NCBI GenBank assembly: GCA_903859375.1
Contig: CAIOMK010000059.1
Span: 3,438-67,437, forward strand
Reading direction: 5' to 3'
Origin: Candidatus Moraniibacteriota bacterium
GTDB taxonomy: Bacteria; Patescibacteriota; Minisyncoccia; Moranbacterales; UBA1568
Length of the DNA: 64,000 bases
Shown: positions 58,156 through 64,000 of the stretch, piece after piece
Numbering within the stretch: the first letter of the stretch is position 1
Layout of the letters: every line of letters starts with the position of its first letter
The notes under the pieces: generated by a model
Database searches by the model: none
The model's input: only the letters and a program-made list of their open reading frames with translations
Told to the model about the DNA's origin: nothing
Position numbers and translations under genes: made by a program

Positions 58156-58764
58156 TCATCTGTCGGCGCATTTTACACAACGGCATCCGTGCGGACGGAT
58201 AAGCTCATTCACATATTCCGAACCGTAATCGTAAGAGATTTCCTCGCCGACAAGAATACGGCGTCGGGCAACGATAAAGATTCTTCCTCGACGGTTCACT
58301 GCTTCGCAATTCGGTCGACATGAATGATTCACGTATCTTGCGATATTCCACCGCGGGCTCCCATCGATGTCCCAACGTGAATTCACCTGAAAAAGGTACC
58401 GGTTCATGCGATCAGTCGACTTCGTCGATGCGATCCGATTACCGACATATTCGATCACATCCTCTCCTTTTCGAAATTCACGGACAGTGAACAGGCCGAG
58501 TCCGGAGAGAGACCGACGTACGACGACATCCGATGGCGCTGTAAACGGAATGATGACAGCGCTGTCTTCATTGTTTCCCATAGCATTCGACTTACCGATA
58601 AAAACAAAGGCCCCGCGAAGCGGAGCCTTGTATCCCGACGGACAATTCAGCTGCAGGTAATCCGAGACGTCAAGGACATCTCGGGAAGGGACAGTGTCGA
58701 GGAGGAGCGCAGCCGAAACCACCCAACCCATGTCTGGACATCTCGCGCTTGCCACATCCCACAA
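58156..58764 (-). CDS. SET-domain protein (putative protein lysine methyltransferase). N-terminus uncertain; possible start at Met 58581.
   Basis: SET signatures GLGLFTVREF, NHSCRPNC, and EEISYDYG, plus post-SET-like Cys CRCVKC. Confidence 0.65.
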   Translation of the reverse strand: MWDVASARCPDMGWVVSAALLLDTVPSRDVLDVSDYLQLNCPSGYKAPLRGAFVFIGKSNAMGNNEDSAVIIPFTAPSDVVVRRSLSGLGLFTVREFRKGEDVIEYVGNRIASTKSTDRMNRYLFQVNSRWDIDGSPRWNIARYVNHSCRPNCEAVNRRGRIFIVARRRILVGEEISYDYGSEYVNELIRPHGCRCVKCADR

Positions 58765-58986
58765 TGATTGCGGGAAACGGTAAGCGCGAGGGTAAGCCCC
58801 CTGTCTTGAGGATAAAAGATAGGAATCCCCAATTTACCTGCAGGTGAAAGGTCCTTCGTGTGAGCGTCCGTTTTTCAACAGGACTTTTCATATTAGCATA
58901 GCTTTGTATTCCTGTCAAGAAGTGGTAGAATGTCCCTAGAATCACAATGGAACGGCTAAAAAAAGCCATTTTTAAAAGCAATATCC

Positions 58987-60000
58987 ATGCTTACCTCACC
59001 GGAAAAAAGCGAACCCGAAGACATCATACTGGAAACGACATTGCGTCCCGGTTCCTTTTCGGAATACGTCGGACAAGAAAAAATCAAGCGCAATCTCGGT
59101 ATTTTCATCGAGGCGGCCAAACGACGAGGTGAAAGCGTCGATCACGTTCTCCTCTACGGGCCGGCAGGACTCGGTAAAACGACACTCGCCAATATTATCG
59201 CACGCGAAATGGGAGTGAACATCCGCGTCACTTCAGGACCGGCGATAGAGCGCGTCGGGGATCTCGGGTCCATCCTGACAAATCTCGAAGAAGGCGATGT
59301 ATTGTTCATTGACGAGATCCACCGTCTCAATAAGACGATCGAAGAAGTGCTCTACCCCGCCATGGAGGACTACAAACTCGATATCATCATAGGTAAAGGC
59401 CCTTCCGCGAGAACCATCCAGCTCGACCTTCCCAGATTCACACTCGTCGGTGCGACCACCCGGCTCGGATCCATATCGAATCCGCTTCGGAACCGTTTCG
59501 GCACGACGAGCCGTCTCGAGTTCTATGAGCATGACGAGATGAAGAAAATCATCACCAGATCGGCACGGATACTCGGTGTCGAACTCGGTGACGGTGGTGC
59601 CGATGCGATCGCCGCCGCGAGCAGGCAGACACCGCGCGTCGCGAACCGCCTCTTGAAAAGAGTCAGGGACTTCGCGGAGATCAACGAGCGCACGATCATC
59701 ACGAGAGAGGTCGCACGCGAAGCGCTCACATTGTTCGAGGTGGACGAGATCGGTCTCGAGCCGACAGACAGGGCCATCCTGAGGGCTATCGCAAAGAAAT
59801 TCAACGGAGGACCAGCCGGCATCCAGGCCATAGCCGCCGTTACCGGCGAAGAAACCGAAACTATCGAGGACGTCTATGAGCCATACCTCATCCAGCTCGG
59901 CTTCCTGATCCGTACCCCGCGAGGACGGGTCGTCACGCCGGACGGGTTTATCCATATCGGGCTTCCCATTCCGGAAGACCACCAATCAAAACTCCTATGA
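58987..60000 (+). CDS. ruvB: Holliday junction DNA helicase RuvB
   Basis: AAA+ Walker [12 protein letters not shown], Walker B DEIHRL, sensor and winged-helix C-terminus. Confidence 0.95.
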   Translation: MLTSPEKSEPEDIILETTLRPGSFSEYVGQEKIKRNLGIFIEAAKRRGESVDHVLLYGPAGLGKTTLANIIAREMGVNIRVTSGPAIERVGDLGSILTNLEEGDVLFIDEIHRLNKTIEEVLYPAMEDYKLDIIIGKGPSARTIQLDLPRFTLVGATTRLGSISNPLRNRFGTTSRLEFYEHDEMKKIITRSARILGVELGDGGADAIAAASRQTPRVANRLLKRVRDFAEINERTIITREVAREALTLFEVDEIGLEPTDRAILRAIAKKFNGGPAGIQAIAAVTGEETETIEDVYEPYLIQLGFLIRTPRGRVVTPDGFIHIGLPIPEDHQSKLL

Positions 60001-60248
60001 TCGGCATCATCAATCTTCTCTATCTCGTCCTTATCATCGGTATCTCCGCTATCGGGTTGTATATCTGCTATCATATTCTCCGGTACTCCCTCTCCAAGCA
60101 GAATGCCGTCATCACTACGTTTGTCTTCGCGACACTTTTTCTTTTTTTCCTCTTCACCAACGTCATTCTTTTTTTCCGGATCGATTGGGACAGGCTATTA
60201 GGCAGCGCCGGATCGTTCACTTCGTTCCCCTCGTCATATTCCCGTTAA
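59997..60248 (+). CDS. Small (83 aa) hydrophobic protein in ATGA overlap with the ruvB stop
   Basis: Two predicted TM helices. Translational coupling context. Confidence 0.35.
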   Translation: MIGIINLLYLVLIIGISAIGLYICYHILRYSLSKQNAVITTFVFATLFLFFLFTNVILFFRIDWDRLLGSAGSFTSFPSSYSR

Positions 60249-60257
60249 CACACTTCT

Positions 60258-60827
60258 ATGCTCAACCTTTCAAAAGTACGCTTTCCCGGCAAACATGATG
60301 AGGAACAGGTCCTTGCGGTGTACCACCGTCATTGGTTCGATCTTTTTATACACCTTTTTCTTTCGGTTTTTCTTTCCGTTCTCCTTCTGGGAGGCTTCCT
60401 CATCATGCCGAGCTTCTTTCCGGAGATTGCAGGCGGCCCGAATGCGGCATTCTTTTTCTTCCTGGAGAATTCCTTCCTGCTGTTTCTGTGGATCACCTTG
60501 TTTCTCATCTGGATCGACATCTATTTCGATGTCTGGATAATCACCAATGAACGCATCGTGAACATCGAACAGAAAGACCTGTTCACGAGACGCGTGAGTG
60601 AACTCCGTTTCCACACGATTCAGGATGTGACGAGCGAGGTCAGCGGTATTATACCGAGCATCCTTGATTTTGGTGACGTACTCGTCCAGACGGCAGGCGA
60701 AAATCCCCGGTTTATCTTTCATAATATTCCCAATCCGGTCGGAGTGAAGGATCTCATCATGAAACTCGCTGAAAGAAGAGGCGGATCAGCCACAAAGACG
60801 CAAAGGGCCGATGCCCGGGTTATTTGA
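60258..60827 (+). CDS. Membrane protein with 2 TM and a bacterial PH (YdbS/YdbT-like) domain
   Basis: N-terminal TM pair followed by a IITNERIVNIEQKDLFTR...ELRFHTIQDV bPH-like fold. Confidence 0.55.
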   Translation: MLNLSKVRFPGKHDEEQVLAVYHRHWFDLFIHLFLSVFLSVLLLGGFLIMPSFFPEIAGGPNAAFFFFLENSFLLFLWITLFLIWIDIYFDVWIITNERIVNIEQKDLFTRRVSELRFHTIQDVTSEVSGIIPSILDFGDVLVQTAGENPRFIFHNIPNPVGVKDLIMKLAERRGGSATKTQRADARVI

Positions 60828-60890
60828 GTTTTCTACCGATACGGGATACCATACGTAGTCGTACGTCGTAAATTATTGGTAGCTCATGTT

Positions 60891-61610
60891 ATGTCAGGAC
60901 ACTCCCATTGGGCAGGCATCCGCCACAAAAAAGCTCTTACCGACACGAAGCGGTCTTCCGTTTTCACGAAGCTCGGCAATATGGTATCCATCGCCGCCCG
61001 CCATGGTGGGGATCCGAACATGAACTTCCGGCTTCGGCTTGCCATCGATCAGGCGCGGGCTGCGAACATGCCCAAAGACCGTATTGAAAAAGCTATCAAG
61101 AAGGGCACCGGAGAGTTGAAAGATGGCACTGATTTCGAGGAACTCATTTATGAGGCGTATGGCCCCGGACAGGTAGCCCTCCTTATTGGAACCGCGACAG
61201 ACAACCGGAATCGGACTTTCGGGGAGATTCGCACACTTCTTACGAAGAATGGTGGGAAAATAGTTCCGGAAGGGTCTGTTTCTTTTCTTTTTCGAGAAGT
61301 GGGTGAGATAGAACTCTCACTCGACAAACATTCTGTCGATGAGGCTGAAATGCTCGCGATAGAATCCGGTGCGGAAGATGTCGAACCGACACCCGACTCA
61401 CTTTTTGTCTACACGAAGCCGGAAGACCTCCAGGCTGTGAAAGAATCCCTCGAAAAGGAAGGCCTCCGCGTCATCTCAGCGACACTCTCCCGACTCCCTC
61501 TTCAAAAAGCGACCCTATCGCAGGAAAATATCGAGATGTTCGAGCGTTTGCTTGAAATTCTTGAAGATCATCAGGACGTCCAGATGATATGGGACAATCT
61601 TGAAGCATGA
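60891..61610 (+). CDS. yebC: YebC/PmpR-family transcriptional regulator
   Basis: MSGHSHWAGIRHKKALTDTKRSSVFTKL N-terminus is diagnostic. Start at the internal Met. Confidence 0.9.
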   Translation: MSGHSHWAGIRHKKALTDTKRSSVFTKLGNMVSIAARHGGDPNMNFRLRLAIDQARAANMPKDRIEKAIKKGTGELKDGTDFEELIYEAYGPGQVALLIGTATDNRNRTFGEIRTLLTKNGGKIVPEGSVSFLFREVGEIELSLDKHSVDEAEMLAIESGAEDVEPTPDSLFVYTKPEDLQAVKESLEKEGLRVISATLSRLPLQKATLSQENIEMFERLLEILEDHQDVQMIWDNLEA

Positions 61611-61691
61611 GGTTTCAAGAGAAAACGGACCATTCTCTGTCCGGAAATTCAGGATTACATCTATTTACGCTTTCTTTTTAGGTTTTTCAGT

Positions 61692-62186
61692 ATGAAAATC
61701 ATCGGCATCGATCCCGGGACGGCGATCATAGGGTGGGGTATCGTCGAGGAGCGGGGTGGGAACCTCACGCCGGTCGCCTACGGACATATCACCACGGCAA
61801 AAGGTACCGATCCAGCGGACCGTCTCTGCACGCTTGCCGATGAGCTTGAAAACATACTCAAGCTTCATATTCCGGATGAAGCCTCCGTCGAGGAGCTTTT
61901 CTTTTCAACGAACGCAAAAACAGCCATTTCCGTCGCTCAGGCTCGTGGCGTTATCCTCTTGACTCTTCGCCGATTTGGTGTTACTATTGCCGGTTACACC
62001 CCGAATCAGGTCAAGCAATCGGTGACCGGCTACGGTGGCGCGGACAAGAAACAGATACAGATGATGACAAAAAACATTCTCCATCTTTCCGAGATTCCTA
62101 AACCGGACGATACGGCGGATGCGCTCGCTATCTCCATCTGTCATGCGTTCTCGCGCAAATCACGTCGAATTCTCGCCGAATCGTAA
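61692..62186 (+). CDS. ruvC: Crossover junction endodeoxyribonuclease RuvC
   Basis: MKIIGIDPGTAIIGWGIV and catalytic acidic residues of the RNase H-like fold. Confidence 0.9.
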   Translation: MKIIGIDPGTAIIGWGIVEERGGNLTPVAYGHITTAKGTDPADRLCTLADELENILKLHIPDEASVEELFFSTNAKTAISVAQARGVILLTLRRFGVTIAGYTPNQVKQSVTGYGGADKKQIQMMTKNILHLSEIPKPDDTADALAISICHAFSRKSRRILAES

Positions 62187-62256
62187 CAGCCTTCTTCTTG
62201 CGGAGTCGCGCTCATACGAGGATAATGAAAGAATGAATATCATATAATGTAATCGT

Positions 62257-62913
62257 ATGGAATACAGTCCGATCACGCAATTTATCGTTGACCAGAATGT
62301 GCCGGCGCAGACGATGGCACTTCTCTTACTGCTTCCGGTCGTCGCGACACTCGCATCTTTCTTCCGCCAAGTCGTCGGCATCAAGGCGTTCGGCATATAC
62401 ACGCCGTCGATCATCACGTTCGCACTCCTCGCCTTCAACCCGAACGGCCTCAAATACGGCATCGCCGTCTTTACGAGCGTCATCTTCATCGGCATGGTCA
62501 CACGGTATATCCTGCGCCGATTCCGTCTCCTGTATCTCCCCCGTGTCGCGATAACACTCTCGGTCATCTCTTTCGCTATGTTGGGCATCCTTATTCTCGG
62601 CGGATCCTTCAACCGGACCGGCCTTGCCGGCGTATCGATTTTCCCCCTCCTTATCATGATCACCATTACCGAGAAATTCGTGGCCGTACAGATTGAGAAA
62701 GGAACACGAGCCGCATTGATTCTCGCCATCGAAACACTCGGCATATCACTGGTCGGCTATTTCCTCATTTCATGGCCATCATTTATCTCATTCATACTCG
62801 CGTACCCATGGACCGTTCTGTTCACCATTCCGCTCAATGTCCTCCTCGGAAAATGGACCGGCCTTCGTCTTACCGAATATCTTCGATTCGCCCGCGTATT
62901 GAGCCAGAAATAG
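62257..62913 (+). CDS. Polytopic (6-7 TM) membrane protein, likely partner of the downstream ATP-grasp/retropepsin protein
   Basis: Highly hydrophobic 218 aa. Stop 2 nt before the next ATG. Confidence 0.6.
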   Translation: MEYSPITQFIVDQNVPAQTMALLLLLPVVATLASFFRQVVGIKAFGIYTPSIITFALLAFNPNGLKYGIAVFTSVIFIGMVTRYILRRFRLLYLPRVAITLSVISFAMLGILILGGSFNRTGLAGVSIFPLLIMITITEKFVAVQIEKGTRAALILAIETLGISLVGYFLISWPSFISFILAYPWTVLFTIPLNVLLGKWTGLRLTEYLRFARVLSQK

Positions 62914-62915
62914 CT

Positions 62916-64000
62916 ATGTTCGCACTGCTCAAAAACAGCCGGGAGCTTCTCGGTATGAACGAACGCAATCTCACATACGTCCGTCCGCTCAACAAACGGC
63001 GTGGTCGTGAGTTTGCCGACAATAAACTTATCGCGAAACGACTTCTCCGAAAAAACGGCCTCCCCGTTCCAGCGCTCATTACTCGTATACGGACACATGC
63101 CGAACTTGAAAATTTCAATTGGGAAACCCTTCCTGAAAGTTTCGCCCTCAAACCGAATCGTGGGTTTGGCGGTGAGGGTATCCTTATCGTATACGGACGC
63201 AAGCGCAACCGGACTGACGCATGGGTCAAGGCGAGTGGATCGATAGTGACCACAGAGGACCTCAAGGCGCACATACGCAACATCCTTGACGGCTCATTCT
63301 CTCTCACCAACACTCCCGATATCGCCTTTTTTGAGGAACGCCTCAAACTTCTCAAGCTTTTCAAACCATACGCGTATCGTGGCATTCCCGATATCCGAGT
63401 CATCGTATTCAATCGCGTTCCCGTCATGGCGATGCTGCGTCTCCCGACCAGGGATTCCGACGGCAAGGCAAATCTCCAACAGGGTGCCATCGGAACCGGT
63501 ATCGACCTCGCGACCGGAACCACCACAAGCGCGGTAGTCGGCAAATCCCACATCATAGAATACGTACCGAAAACGCGCCTTGCCCTGTCGGGTATCCGTA
63601 TTCCGTATTGGAATGAGATTCTCCGTATCGCCGTCGAATCACAGGCTGTTTCCGGTCTTGGGTTTCTTGGGGCGGACATCGCTATCGACCGCGACCGTGG
63701 TCCCGTACTTCTCGAACTCAACGCCCGTCCAGGACTCTCCATACAGATAGCGAACCTCTCCGGCCTCAAAAGCCGACTTAATCGGGTAAAAGGACTGAAG
63801 GTTAAAACGACCGAGCGGGGTATCTTATTGGGGAAGAATCTTTTCGGCGGGGAAATCGAGGAAGAAATTGAGGAATTGTCCGGAAAACGCGTCATCGGAT
63901 CGATAGAAAAGGTCAAACTTATCGGTAAAGACGGAAAAGAAATCATCGTCGATGCCAAAATCGATACCGGTGCAGATTCGACGTCGATCGATACCGAACT
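62916..64000 (+). CDS. RimK-like ATP-grasp ligase fused to a C-terminal retropepsin-like (DTGA) domain. The 3' end runs off the window and it is not in the ORF track.
   Basis: Manual translation gives MFALLKNSRELLGMNERNLTYVRPLNKRRGREFADNKLIAKRLL...FALKPNRGFGGEGILIV...LELNARPG (ATP-grasp), then GKRVIGSIEKVKLIGKDGKEIIVDAKIDTGADSTSID (aspartic-protease-like). Confidence 0.6.
   Translation, partial: MFALLKNSRELLGMNERNLTYVRPLNKRRGREFADNKLIAKRLLRKNGLPVPALITRIRTHAELENFNWETLPESFALKPNRGFGGEGILIVYGRKRNRTDAWVKASGSIVTTEDLKAHIRNILDGSFSLTNTPDIAFFEERLKLLKLFKPYAYRGIPDIRVIVFNRVPVMAMLRLPTRDSDGKANLQQGAIGTGIDLATGTTTSAVVGKSHIIEYVPKTRLALSGIRIPYWNEILRIAVESQAVSGLGFLGADIAIDRDRGPVLLELNARPGLSIQIANLSGLKSRLNRVKGLKVKTTERGILLGKNLFGGEIEEEIEELSGKRVIGSIEKVKLIGKDGKEIIVDAKIDTGADSTSIDTE

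Noticed and set aside
62870-63958. Minus-strand 362-aa ORF
   Set aside because: It is antisense to the RimK-like ATP-grasp gene. Ser/Arg/Pro-rich translation, typical of a GC-rich spurious frame.

Overview
This 64-kb window looks like part of a small-genome bacterium, possibly Patescibacteria/CPR-like (inference). It uses the standard genetic code: UGA serves as a stop, and there are ATGA start/stop overlaps.

Housekeeping genes sit at both ends:
- infB, cca, DUF4446, and a 3'-partial SulP permease at the window start (the ORF track missed it because it runs off the edge).
- uvrD/pcrA, Mur ligase, FemAB, ruvA, rpsT, holA, polA, tsaE, ruvB, yebC, ruvC.
- An NrtR-controlled NAD salvage cluster (pnuC-nadR-nrtR divergent from nadM/nudix-nampt) with palindromic operators.

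Three regions stand out:
1. **A ~15-kb type-IV-secretion-like island (6.0-21.7 kb).** It is a single minus-strand array: CHAP/LysM hydrolase, VirB6-like polytopic protein, Pro-rich protein, PrgI/VirB3-like protein, VirB4-like ATPase, CPBP protease, and a 932-aa surface protein. No relaxase or VirD4 coupling protein is present. The array is bounded by tRNA-Pro(CGG) and tRNA-Leu(TAG) on one side and a divergent tyrosine recombinase on the other. The last 19 nt of tRNA-Pro are tandemly repeated 2.2 times as part of an 80-bp unit.
2. **A cassette-like array of small, unrelated minus-strand ORFs (31.0-35.6 kb).** The intergenic regions are built from repeated modules, including a two-hairpin element with compensatory base changes and a conserved stop-adjacent hairpin.
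3. **A 1021-aa tandem fusion of two PilB/GspE ATPases.**

The window also contains a complex microsatellite array inside the T4SS operon, a strongly promoted ~300-nt ORF-less transcript, divergent paralogous TrmB regulators, a SET-domain protein, and a 7TM + RimK-like ATP-grasp/retropepsin pair at the 3' edge. No CRISPR array or rRNA was found.
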